A stretch of DNA of 64,000 bases from Epiperipatus broadwayi (Eukaryota > Animalia > Onychophora), in assembly GCA_028023455.1 (NCBI GenBank), contig JAQFVV010000002.1, forward strand, positions 32,550,001 to 32,614,000. Reading direction: 5' to 3'. Made by a program: the position numbers and the translations under genes. Shown here piece by piece: positions 1-13,000 of this stretch (position 1 is the first letter of the stretch; the number at the start of each line of letters is the position of its first letter). The notes beneath the pieces were generated by a model. The model did no database searches, was not told the DNA's origin, and saw only the letters and a program-made list of their open reading frames with translations.

Positions 1-658
1 AGGAAAATTGAAATAAAAAACAGTTTATAAAATAAAAACCAAGATTTAAAAAGAAAGTATATTAAATGATTTTTTAAAATATAGTGAAACTAAAAAAGGC
101 CATATTTGTAAAGAAAATCGTCAAATACTTATTGATTTGTCTAAAAATTTCTAATAAATAAGAGTGTATTAAGTTATTTGAAAACAAAAGGGAACATAAT
201 AAACTTTTGATTCAGACTAATATAAAAATAACTTAAAATTGTAATCTTCTGAATTGCTTCACTTACGTAAAATTTTAAATTTTTGCATAGTTATGGTTTT
301 GAGTTGTGAAATATTTCAATTACAAGCTTATATATGCACCCTTGATATAAAAACAATATGGATTTATCTTTTTTTATTTAATGACCATACAGAACAGTTA
401 ATAATCAAAACCCCTAATAATAATAAAAGCTTAAATAAAAGAAACTGTGTGAAGTATTATGCATAAAATTTCCTTTTTATTTGATTTCTTCGGTTTTATC
501 TACGTAAGTTTATAACACTTAAATTGCAAGATTAAAATAAATAAAAAGGGTTAAAATAATAGAAATTATTCGTACGATAATAAAATATTTGATTATATAT
601 GTTAGTGAATATGGTTTTTGTTTTTATTAACTTTATTTTCATTCAATTCTTTCATTAG

Positions 659-1081
659 GATTATTCTGAAATTATGCCTTCATCAGGAAATTGTCCTCAG
701 TCCCGAAGTAATAGCTTACCACCTCCTTCTATCCCTCCCCATTCTCTGGCTGCCTTTGGACTCTTTCTACAGTTACCAGGATATGCAGAAGTATTGCTTA
801 AGGAACGGCGGAAAGCATGTTGCTTACTGCGATTAGCTCTTGGAGTTACCGATGATGGTGAAGGGGGTGATATATTTGCTTCACCTGTAGCCAGTTCACT
901 GCCCACTCTGCCATTTCAAGTTCTACAATTATTGTTTGATGCCACTCCATTGAAAACTGATGACAGTGTGGTTTTAAGGAGGAAAGCCTTAGATATTGGT
1001 GTCATACATTTGGTGCTTGCATGTCTGTCTGTTCTTAGCCATCATGGACCAAGGGGATCTATAGCAGAATTTCAACATGAA
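659..1081 (+). CDS. BIRC6: BIRC6 internal coding exon ([12 protein letters not shown]...AEFQHE); upstream exons lie outside the window
   Basis: Acceptor ttcattag ending at 658, donor gtaatt at 1082; 423 nt, phase 0/0; overlaps ORF 674..1093. Confidence 0.9.
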
Positions 1082-4000
1082 GTAATTTCTTAAATTTGTT
1101 TATATGAATTTTGTTATTAATACATACGTATATATATGTGCTTCAAAATGTCTGTTTACATTTTTTACCTGCGATTCACTTTAATGTATATATTTATATT
1201 TATTTCATAGTTCATAATTGCCAGTACTCAAGCAGTAAACCAAGAAAATGGAACAACTAGCAGCAGCGATGACAAGAGCCAGCTCTACTGGGCCAAAGGC
1301 ACTGGGTTTGGTACAGGCTCCACCTTGCAGAGCTGGGACATCGAGCAAGCCATTCTACGGCAACGCGCCGAGGAAGAGCATGTCACCTGTCTGCTGCTGG
1401 TAAGCTCTATAATAAATTTGAGACTAGAACTTTTTTTATAAAATGTTTATCATGGGCCAATATGTGAAACCATTTATAATTTTTTTTCTTTTTTAGAATA
1501 AAGTTATTATTGCTTTATAAAATAACTTGTGTAATAATCAATAAATTTTACTAGCGCTGTTAAACAGTGATGTTGAAACTGTAAGGATACTCTCACCCCT
1601 TGCAGTTTTAATATCACTGTTTAACGCTACCTTCCATATATTTACAATCTTTAGTAAGTTTATATATTGGGGGGAAAATTTATGGCATGTATTGTAACAG
1701 TCAGATTTGTATAGTTAGCAAAACTAACCTTAGGAAAATGTTTGTATGTAACACCTATATAAATACTACCACAAACAATACAATGTCAAATCTCATTATC
1801 TATGCCCCAGGACAATCCCATGTGACCAACGCATCTGTTATTAACATAAATGCCCTTTTTTTTCATCTCCTACTAGGTCAGGGAGATACAAGAAACTCTT
1901 AAAATTATATTAAAAATCACTACTTAATTAATGAATGAATTGTGGTAAAGAAGACATCAAACGTGAGAAGTAATGTGTATACAAATTTATTAATAATAAT
2001 AAAAAAAAATGATGAGTTGGAAGTGCGCATGCGAATTTACATATTAACAAGTATTCATATAAACTATAATTTAAACTGGCAATTACAACTTTTAATGGTC
2101 GCTAATTCACATTAAAAAAAGGGTGTAGAACCTTTGAATGTCTTTGTGATCCATAGGATGGATGTTCTACAATAGTTTAAAGGATCAACTAATGGATAAT
2201 TAAGCAAGATTAAAATACAAGATTTACTAAACTATATTAACATGAAATTATGAATAGACAATCATATAATACCTAGTATCATGATGAATTGCACATTTAG
2301 CATACCAGGTCTTAGTAAGATAAAAGCATGGTGAATTTGATACTAAGTTATTGGTGACATGAATAAATCCCATAATAAAAAAGGAGAGGGGTATGTTCAA
2401 CCTTGCAAAGATCTACCCAAGATTTTATCAGATACTAAGTCATGAACAGGAATATACATCTGCCTTTATGACTATTGACTAAAACTATTACCAACAAACA
2501 CGAATGGACATCTGCAATCTTAATAATACGAATAATAAAGAAGATCCGCCAAGTCTGAATATATTTATTTACAGGGATATGCCTGCCTTTAGCAGAGGTC
2601 ATACCAAAAGGTTGCCTGGCCAATCTACTACTCCATAAGCAAGAATGCATTTCTGCTTGAAGAATAAAATACGAATCCAAAAAATTACTTCAACAATCCC
2701 ATTAATGCGAATTATAATAGAAAGTAATTATTTATTAATGGTAAATTAGGAAGGCCTGACATTTAAATATAAAAGATAAAATGTGAGTGGCCATATTATA
2801 AGTTTAAACATGCAGTCGTCTATTATTGATATGGCTAAACTAAGACCTAAATATTTTATCAATTCTAAGTCAAAAGGGTAAAGTAATACTTGCTTACTGG
2901 AAGACCCATCTTAGAGATACAAAGAAAATACCTGATATTATATAGCTCATGGTAGAGGGTTTATATAGTTCATTACATTGGAACATTTATAGAGCTAACA
3001 TATAAAGTATTGATATATATATATTTGTTCCTTAAGAATAACATAAAATTAGACTTTAAATTTTTTTATTTAGTTAACATTATTTACATACTAATGAAAC
3101 TTATTTTTAAATATTGTTTATATAAACATCTGGGTTTTCTAATTGCAAACATACATTTTGACTTGAAACGCACGATTGTTCATCTTTAATGAAACAAAAC
3201 CAAGATGGGTTACTTGGCTTTTTTTTTTTTTAAATAAAAAATAAAGTGTACGAAAGATAATTTTAAGAACTGGAGATATGTTTACTAAAAGAAATCCCTC
3301 CATTATCCTGTTCTTGAATGAAAAATCTAGCTTGTATATATGGTTTACGAAACAAAATATATCATTTTTCATGTAACTGATTAAATATTCAAGAAGAGAG
3401 CATTAAACCAATAAGAATTGTTACCAGTAATGGCAGATCTCAAATGCTTGTGCTTTTATTATCTACTTTCCTGGAGGATTTGGGAATATGCTAATATGAA
3501 AGTCATCGTAGATATAATGATGATACGGAGATTTCATGGCATCATTGATTCATGATGGAGAGTACTTTTCTTAGATAATAAAATCTAATATTTTGGAGAT
3601 AGATTGGTCTCTTGGATAACACATTAGATTGGAGGCAGCATCATTGATGAGTTGGTTTTCTTTTTAGGCAGATAAGGCATGGCAGGTTAGCAATTAAATT
3701 TGTTGAGGTATGCAGGAACATCGGCACAGGTACACAAGTTTGTGGACTTCAGATGATCGGCAATCTAACTGAATGGGCTTCCATACTCATTGCTTTCCAG
3801 AGATGGTAACGGGAAACGGACTCAAGCTTATTCCTCACAAATCATGACGTGTAGTTACGATTTATTGTGATGTAGCCAAGAAGACTAAATAAGAGATGAG
3901 ATGTACTTTTTCTCAGGTATTTATACCCTTTTCAGACCAAAGTTACCTGGATGTGTCTCAATTGAAACCTCTTTACTGATCATAATCTTAAATAATCCAT

Positions 4001-7000
4001 AAAATTTTTGTTTTCTTTACAAATTAGAAAAAAAAAAAAACCTTCCAACTTCTGAACATCTTTGTCTACTTACATTTTTTAAGCTAATTATATATCATGA
4101 ACACCTTTTACAATAAGAGTAACATACATCATTTTTACAAACATAGATTCTAAAGCACTCATCCAAATTCTCATTCATTAAATCATGTTTTAATTCTGTA
4201 CATATGTCCTTTCTCTAATTGATCTGCCGTTACAATTATTTTCAACAATAGAATATTAAAGAATTTTTTTTTCTCTTTCTTACAAGTCAATTCTTTAATT
4301 AGTTTTTTAGAATTTTCTAGAAGTGAGTACATATTGCTATAACCTTAGCTGACTCATTCAGATATCTCTCCTTTATACACATGTCTGTAGAAAATATAAC
4401 AAAATAAGATTTTTATTGTTAAAGTCTCATAATATTTTATTTTAATAAAATCAAGTATAAAATTTCTTATGAAACTAAATTATCTAATAATTAATTTTAA
4501 AATTAAAATTGAGGAAGTAATAAATAAACATATATGTGCGCCTCTATATAGCTTCAGTATGTATGACTGGACTGGAATCACAGTTTGTCTCTACAATTAT
4601 AAATGATTGCATAATAGTTATACATGTGTTTGTATTTAATATTGTAGATTGTATGAGTCAATAGATTAATGATTCTGAAACAAAAAAAGAAATTAATACA
4701 TAGCTACATTTTAAAGCTTCTTAAATATATTTTATTTCTACTCTTCGAATTGTTGCAATTTCAGTCTAAAGTTTATTTTAATTTTCCAAATTTTAAAATG
4801 TGCATTTCACTAATTTTTGAAAAATATCAGGTTGTATTAATATTAATTTAAGTTTGTAGTTTATTTGTCTTACAATTCCTCAATAAAATGATTTAAATTG
4901 GAAAAAAATTATAAAAAGAAATAATTTTTATAACAAAAAAAAAGTAAATTCAATTATAACAAGTGTTGTACATTACATTAGTTATATTTAAATGTTTCTT
5001 CTTTTTTTTTTTTAATAATTGAATATAAACAAGTTTCACAATATATTTAAACGTGTTAAGTTTTCAAATGAGAAAATAAAATATGTGTTTAGTTTTCATT
5101 TTAAAAAATGACATTTTTTTTTTTAAAAATAAAAAAAATGTTTGATATAATGTTTTAGATATTTCAGAATGAAATCTTTGAAATTTTTAAATTTAGTTTT
5201 AGATTAATTGAAAGACTGTGTCATTAAAATAATCTTTACTAAGAATTATGAAAAATTCATTAAGATATAGATTAGTAGATATGTTCTGGAATAGACCCAT
5301 TTGTGGATCTTTATTAATAATGGCTGTTTTAAAAATTAATTATTTTGTTAATTACAGTTTGAATCATTTATTAATAACTGAACGTTTAAAAAAATAAAAT
5401 TTAAATGTATAACAATTTGTGATTTAATATAATTTTCTACTTCTTCTTTTCCTATGTATTGATTTCTATTATAACATATCATACCATTTACACCTCTTCT
5501 TAGACACTTTATCAATACTTTTATTTGTATTACACTAACAGTTTTGGTAATAGAATCAACAAGAACTCTGATGATGACTGCAGGACAGTCGAAACTGTTA
5601 GTGTAATACAAATAAAAGTATTGATAAAGTGTCTAAGAAGGTGTAAATGGATATATTGAATGTATGAATACTTGTTCTAGTATCCCAAAACTTAAATTTA
5701 GACATGAAGGATTGTATTTACAAACTAGTGAAACTTATATATATATATATAAATAAAAATTCCCTCAATTTTTTCTTTAATCAACTTAAGACTGAAAATA
5801 TTTTCCAATTTTGTAAATACATGTTAGCATATATTTTTGTATAATTTAAAGAAATGAGATATTTCCTTTTAATACTTTAAAGGTTTTATCAAGTTATATT
5901 AATCCTGGTGGTGTCATACCAAAGGATTTTGCTACTGAAGGTCATCAGCCGGAGTCGGGTTTACAAATTCCAACAGTGTTTCCAGAATTGTTGAGTCAGT
6001 CTTGCCTCATACCAGCCATGTGTTCTTATCTCCGAAATGATTCTGGTAACTAATTCATGACTTATTATAATATTTAAACGTTCAAGTGTGTGTTAAAAAA
6101 ATATTTGTAAACTCTAATATTTGTGTTAATATGAAAATACACACATATAACTTAAATATATATAATCACCGTAAATCAAACGAATGACAAACTTTTTATC
6201 CATTTATTCGAGCGCCCTAATTTGCATAGTTTACTTCTTGAAAATGAAGGCGTAGACCTTTGAAAGCGCTCGAATAAATCGATAAAAAGTTTGTCATTTG
6301 TTTGATTTACGGTGATTATATATATTTAAGTTATACGTGTGTATTTTCATATTAACACAAATATTAGAGTTTACGACTATTATTATATGTTAATATTAAA
6401 ATGTATGTATATATATTTATATATAAATGATGTGAAAGACTTGTGAATCAAATCTAGACAAAATAAAACTTAGAAATTTTTTTCATATTCCAAATAAGTG
6501 TAGAATTTTTTTTTTTAGTTCCTGCTAGTAGCTAATTCAATGATTGATAGGTAAAGGATTGTCTAGCTATTTTTAGCCTCAAGATTTAGCAGGATGGACA
6601 GCACTAAGCATCTTATTATCTGGCAAGTAGCAAGCTCACTGAGTAATTGCTTTCTCTTCGCTGGGTTTTTAGAAGTCTTTACCCTGCAGTGAATTATGGA
6701 AAATCTATTTCACTTTCCTAAAATATTCAATAAACAGCTTAAAGGATTAATGTAAGATGTACACAAATTCTTCGCAAAATTCATCTTTACCCCTCCCCCC
6801 GACTCAGAATAACCATACTCAACGTTGAATGGCTGCTATTGATTACAGTATATGTGATATTATCCAGACAATTTGAGTATTAAATCAGTGTAAAATTAAT
6901 ATATTACCAAGCACATTGTATTGCAGTTTGTAAATGTATCTGTGGAGAATGACTAACTTCTTTAGAATTTATTTGTGGTGGTGGGATTTGAGTACCAATT

Positions 7001-10000
7001 CACAACATAATCATATAATTAATTTTTTTTTTTTTAAACTATGGATTTGACAGGTGGAAAACTAATGTTTCATGCCTCTAAGTATGGGCACCATGTTAAT
7101 ATTAATAAGATAGGAAAAGTATATATATATGTTTTGTTTGACAATTTGTGTATTAGAATTAGAATATACAGTGTTAGAATTAAATGACTCTTGGAGTGAA
7201 GTGGTGAAATAGAATATTCCTGTTGATATAGTTGTTGGACATAAGATAAGAGAATCATGATGTGCTGCTTTGTATCATTCTTTTGCCAAAGATTTAACAG
7301 TTAACTTGTAACTGCTTTAATAATAAGTTAGGAAAAATATCAACAAGTATAAGTATCGTTCATTTATCCTGAAGGAAGCAGATGGTGCTTTAGCAAAATT
7401 GAGAGCATAAAAATTGATTTTTGTAAAAAACATTAAAGATTTATTTTGGTTAGACATGAAAGCAGTTCATATCAAAAAACACTCTGGAGATCACAAATTT
7501 TAACACTATTGTGACTCATCATACGAAATTCCTTTATTCTTTAGATTTTGATGATCTTCAAACCCAGTCACTGTACCACGCCGAACCAAAGTCAGGAAAA
7601 GATTAGAAAACTAGCTACAATTTTAATTAATCCAATATAGAAAATTAAAAGGTGAAATTTTGCTTATACTAAATATGAGTAAGAAAGGATTCCAAATTTC
7701 ACCTTTTAACATCAAGACGACAAATTTTTTTGAATAAAACTAGATTTTTCAACTCATATCAAAAGAAAATACAATTCTCTTTACTATACAAAATCTTATA
7801 AGGTGCTCATCATTTAGAATCTTTGTTAACAATATTTTAATCTAACTATAAAGTGTGTATTTCATTAGCCCTTAAATTCATGAATGGGTATGTTATCAAA
7901 AGATTACTTGATGACTTATATTTCACATTAGATCTAATGATTAGAGTCTGTCTATTACAATATTCATCAATATATTTTTTAGAATTAACAGACTCACAGA
8001 TTGAATGACTTTGATTACTCTGTATGTTGGATAATTCCCATCTTTTAACCAACTTTCATTTACAGAATTAGTAAATGTCTAATGTATTACTTTGGAAATA
8101 GGATATGTTTTTATGTAGTGTTTGATGTGTCATGAATTTTGTCTCATTTTCACGATTTCTGCTTGTGATGCAGCTTACTGTTTGAGCAGCGTAGCTTTAT
8201 TTTTTAATTATTTATAATGATGATCTGTAAAAAAAAAATAAGTAAATTTTGATAGAAAAATATATTTTTAACTTAAATTGTGGTTTTTGCTTTTGAATAT
8301 ATAAGTGTCCGCTTGAAGGCAAAATATGGGGAAAAAACGAATCAATTAGAAAAATAAAATAGCTTCAAACCGTGCTTAAAGAAAGACCTGTTGTAAAATT
8401 TAGGTATTAAAAAGTTTTAGAGAATTGTTTTTTTTGTTTATAAAATTAATTAATTATAGAAAAAAAAATATTAACATCATAAATGATTTTACAACCTTTT
8501 TTTTACAAGGGAGTATAATTGCCTATTAGCAGGCATCTGCTTTATTTACTTGACAATACAAATTTTAATTTAACAAAGGCTGTGGGATTTTAACAGTAAG
8601 ATTTTAGTTGTAACTAAATTACTTAGATGTCGCAGATGTCGATAATCAAAAAAAAATAAAAAGACTATACGGTATAAAGTCAATCATATTAATATTCGGA
8701 AAGTATGCATTGTTTTTGCGTGAATGGGTTTAAATCAAAAGTCCAAGCACTGAGAAGATTTTAATGACTTGCTTTTTGTTGATAAAATCAATTTAAATTA
8801 TAGGGAAAAAATAATAAACTAATTATAAAATATATATTTCAGTTCTTGATATGGCCCGTCATGTTCCTTTATATCGAGCAGTTTTACAGTTACTTAGAGG
8901 ACTTGCAATTTGGCCACAGCTTGTTCCCCTATTCTTACCAGATGATAAATATGATGGAGATGAATCCTCTGTGTCTATTAGCAGTCTTTTAGTCACAATG
9001 AAAACTTGTGTTGATAATTATGCAAATAGGCTAAAGTAAGTTTTTTTTTAATTGACTACCTTTTTATTAAAAGATTACCTTGTATTGACCGATAATTATG
9101 TTTTTAGGTCTAATAAGGGTAAGAATGGGGTCAAAAGTAAAGAAGAGGAAGAAGAACCAGAGGGATTGGCTCAACTCATTCCAGATATTCAAGATACTGC
9201 TCGCATTGTAGAGATAGCGACAGCTCGTTTCCGAGCTGAGTCCGGTAATTGAATTTGTCTTTTATTTATTTATTTTACTTTACAAAATAAGGAAAAACTT
9301 ATCTAATAGTTGAATTGTAATTGCTAATAAATATGTTTCTTATTATTTTTCCACAATAATTAGGTAGCTGAAGTTAATTTGTGAAAGAAATCCTATTTTT
9401 TTATTTAAAAAAAAATTAGTGCCTTTTATAATTTCTATATTATTATTGTTTTTTTAATGAATTTTTATTGCAATAATTTAAAATGACTGACACCTGTCTA
9501 TTCAATCAACAGTTAATATAAAAGTATCAAATATACAAATTAAAAGTGTGAAATACTTTTATATTTCCATATCCTTACTGATTCATAATGTCATGTTATG
9601 TATGGTACATATTGAAGTCTATTTACTGTTGTTGTTGTTGTGGAAAATGCAATTATTCATTGGCTATAACTACAAAATGGTGGAGCTACAATATCTCTTC
9701 TTATCTACAAAACTATGAGTCTTAAATTGAAAACACCTTAATATTTTCAATCCAAGCTCGTCAGCTTATAAACTCGGTTCAGTACCTATACTTTTTGGTC
9801 TTTGGTTTTTTAATAACCATAGCCACCACTATCCTATTAGGCAGGAGTGGTTTTAAGCCAATAAATGTCACATGATCACCATTTCTTATGTTTGCTTATA
9901 ACTGTTATTGAAACAGGCAAAACTCACTATACATATTGCAGTGCTCTCAGATCCAAGGCTCCTCACTGACGAAGGCCACAAGCCAGAAACTAGTCTGGGG

Positions 10001-13000
10001 ATATTGGATGAGTAGGCACTAGATGGGGATTTTATGCACAGGCCTTATGGCATCTGTCAATTACTCTAGCTTGCAGTGAGTGGCAATACATTTAGTGAGT
10101 TTTGCCTGTTTTAATAACAGTTATAAGCAAGCATAAGAAATGGTGATCATGTGATATATATATATATAGTTAGAAACTATAAATTGAGAGAGCACATTTA
10201 CCTATATATTATGCATCTGTGTGTTCACTCGTTTTAATTCATTCAAGAAAGACCAAATTTATTGACCCATATCTTTAATTTTTGTAAATAAAATGAATAG
10301 TGATATATCAGAATCTCATCTTCCTGGATGATATCCTTTTGCTTCAATAACCCCTACCAATGAAAATTAGATAGCAATTTGTTATCAGCAAACTGTAGCA
10401 TCTAATCATTTTGATGTTTTCAGGGTGAGCTAAAGATACGTTGTTAATAAACTGGATTGAGTGTGATGCTGCAAGATTGAAAAATGACTGCTACCATATT
10501 GGGAAAATATATTAAAATCATGAATTTTGATGTACTGCACATGATGCAGCTTCACAGGAAGTAGAGTTTTTTGTCATTGTACTAACATTTTGGGTTTCAG
10601 TTATAATAATCTGTGCCATGCCCCTCCCCCCCTCTGGTGTGCTCATAGAAATGTTTGTTTTGCAAAATACTTTTAAACTCTAGTTATAATCTTTTTTAAA
10701 TGTTTCAAAAACAATTATTTTAATATGTATATATGTATGGCGTATTTATGATCCTTATATAATCATTGCAGAAAAATATATCTAACTTACGGTCGTACTT
10801 CTTTTTTGTTTTTATCCTGCTCATTTATATGTTCCTCTTAGTGATGATATATATATATAACATCTGAAGTCTAAAATCATATTTCCAAAATTATTTGAAC
10901 CTTGCAGCCGCAAACCTCTTTGAAAATGGTTTTTGATAATGAAAAATACATTATTTTGATCAATTTGATGCAATCATATCACAACAATAAAAAAAGAAAC
11001 GAATCTAATCAAAACAAGATAGTTGAGTAAAACAGATTTATAGTGATAAAATCCTAAATTTAATTTTAAAAGAAACTAGAACCTTATACTGTGTTTTTCC
11101 AAAAGTTTGTGCTGATGGTGTTCTAGCTGTATTTTTATATTGGACTATTTCCATCATCTAATAAGTGTGTTGAATTTCTTTAGAAAACTTTAATTTTATT
11201 TAAATATTCCAAATGCATTCAACTGTTAGTAATATCACAGCACCAACTGTTAGTAATATACTCACCTGTTTGCTGTGATATTGCTAACAGTTGAATGTAT
11301 TTGGAATATTTAAATAAAAATTAAACTTTTCTAAAGAAATTCAACACACATATTAGATGATGGAAATAGTCCAATATAAAAATACAGCTAGAACATTATA
11401 CATAGTCAGATGAAATATTTAAGAAAATAAGAAATTGCTGCATTTTAGTATATTTTTTATTTTTAGGTCATAAAATATTTTAAATTAAACAATTTTTTCA
11501 GATTATCTAAATTCCATTGTATTTAAAAAATGTTATACTTAAGAATTATTTCATTAGAAATATTAATCACTAGAATGGTTTCTTGCTGTTTGTCTTTCTG
11601 GAATAATAAAGAACTATGAGATTTAGATTGCTTTTTATATCAAGTGTCAATTATCTTCGTTTAGAATATTGTTAACTTTGGACTTGCACTCATAATTACA
11701 TAATTGTGAAGAAAAGTGGTTTTATTGTTTTAATTTCATGTAACTAACTGTACATGATATTAATTTTAATTTTTATAAAATTTCTAAAATAATTCCCTTT
11801 CCCTTTATTTCAAATTGTCAAATGTAATTTTTGTATTTCACACATTTTAAGAGGAATAAAATAAAAATTAAATGGCCATTGAATTAGCATGGAAATTGTT
11901 TTAAAATATATTTAAAATTCTATTGTATAATGCATAGAAGAAGCTCTATCATTGTTTATTTATATTAGTAACTTTAAAAATTTATGATGATAACATCATT
12001 AAATTTATCTGCAATACTTTATAAATAAATAATTTCCCTACATGGGTAATGCAGTAGCAAACTATACAGTAGTGTCATCTAGTGGATGCTAGAAAGTTTG
12101 TGGATAAAATCCCTCTTTAGTGCCTATTCATCCAATATCCTCAGACTAGTTTTTAGTTAAGGAGCCTTGGATCTGATAGCATTGTACCTAGATCTTATGA
12201 TCTAATGCAACCTCCTAACAACCATCTTTTATCTTTTTAGCTAACTATATGCTATGAATCTAAAATGAAAACACAATAATGTTTTCATTCAATTGTATAA
12301 TCATACAGATCTGAACCCCATTCAGTATCTATACATATTGGCGTTTTTGTTCTTTAATAACCAAAGTCAGCATTATGCCATGGGCAAGATTTACTAAACA
12401 TCACATGACCACCATTTTTTATGTTTACACAAGCTGTTAAAATAGTAGTAAACTCTCCATACAGTAGTGCCACTCAATGCAAGCCATAGTAGTCAATGGG
12501 TGCTAGAAGTTTTGTGGATAAAATACATATCATCCAATATCACAGACTAGTTTCTAAATTGTAGCTTTCATCAGTGAGGAGCCTTGGATATGAGAGCACT
12601 GCACTTAGTTCTTAGGATCTAATGCAATAACTCTAGCAGCCACCTTTTCCTTTTTAGTTAACTATAAAGTTATGAGTCTATCCAAGGCTCCTCACTGATG
12701 AAAGCCACAAACTAGAAACTAGTCTACGGGATATTGGAAGAGTAGGCACTAGATAAAGATTTTATGCACAAACCTTCCTGCATCCATTGATTACTATGGC
12801 TTGCACTGGATGGCATTACTATGTAGATAATTTGCTACAGTTTTAAAAGATTGTGTAAGCATAGGGAAATGGTGGTCATGTGATGTTTAATGCAATGGAA
12901 GAGTAGTGGACTACAGGCTGTAGATCACAACTTGGCTCAAATGTCATGCGTCTTCTCATTCATATTAATAATTAAATTATCATATAGATTATGTTGGAAT

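Larger units (their letters stand above)
12396..12888. mobile_element. Head-to-head inverted pair of family A copies, each carrying a hammerhead motif
   Basis: 12396-12590 is the diverged reverse complement of 12679-12888. Confidence 0.75.

Noticed and set aside
697-906. Antisense ORF over the first BIRC6 exon in the window
   Set aside because: Shadow frame of GC-richer coding sequence.
2005-2090. C/D snoRNA candidate (ATGATGA)
   Set aside because: No D box (CTGA) or terminal stem at a suitable distance.
9740-9775. CTGACGA...GAAA on the - strand
   Set aside because: No credible stem II, palindrome or NUH triplet.
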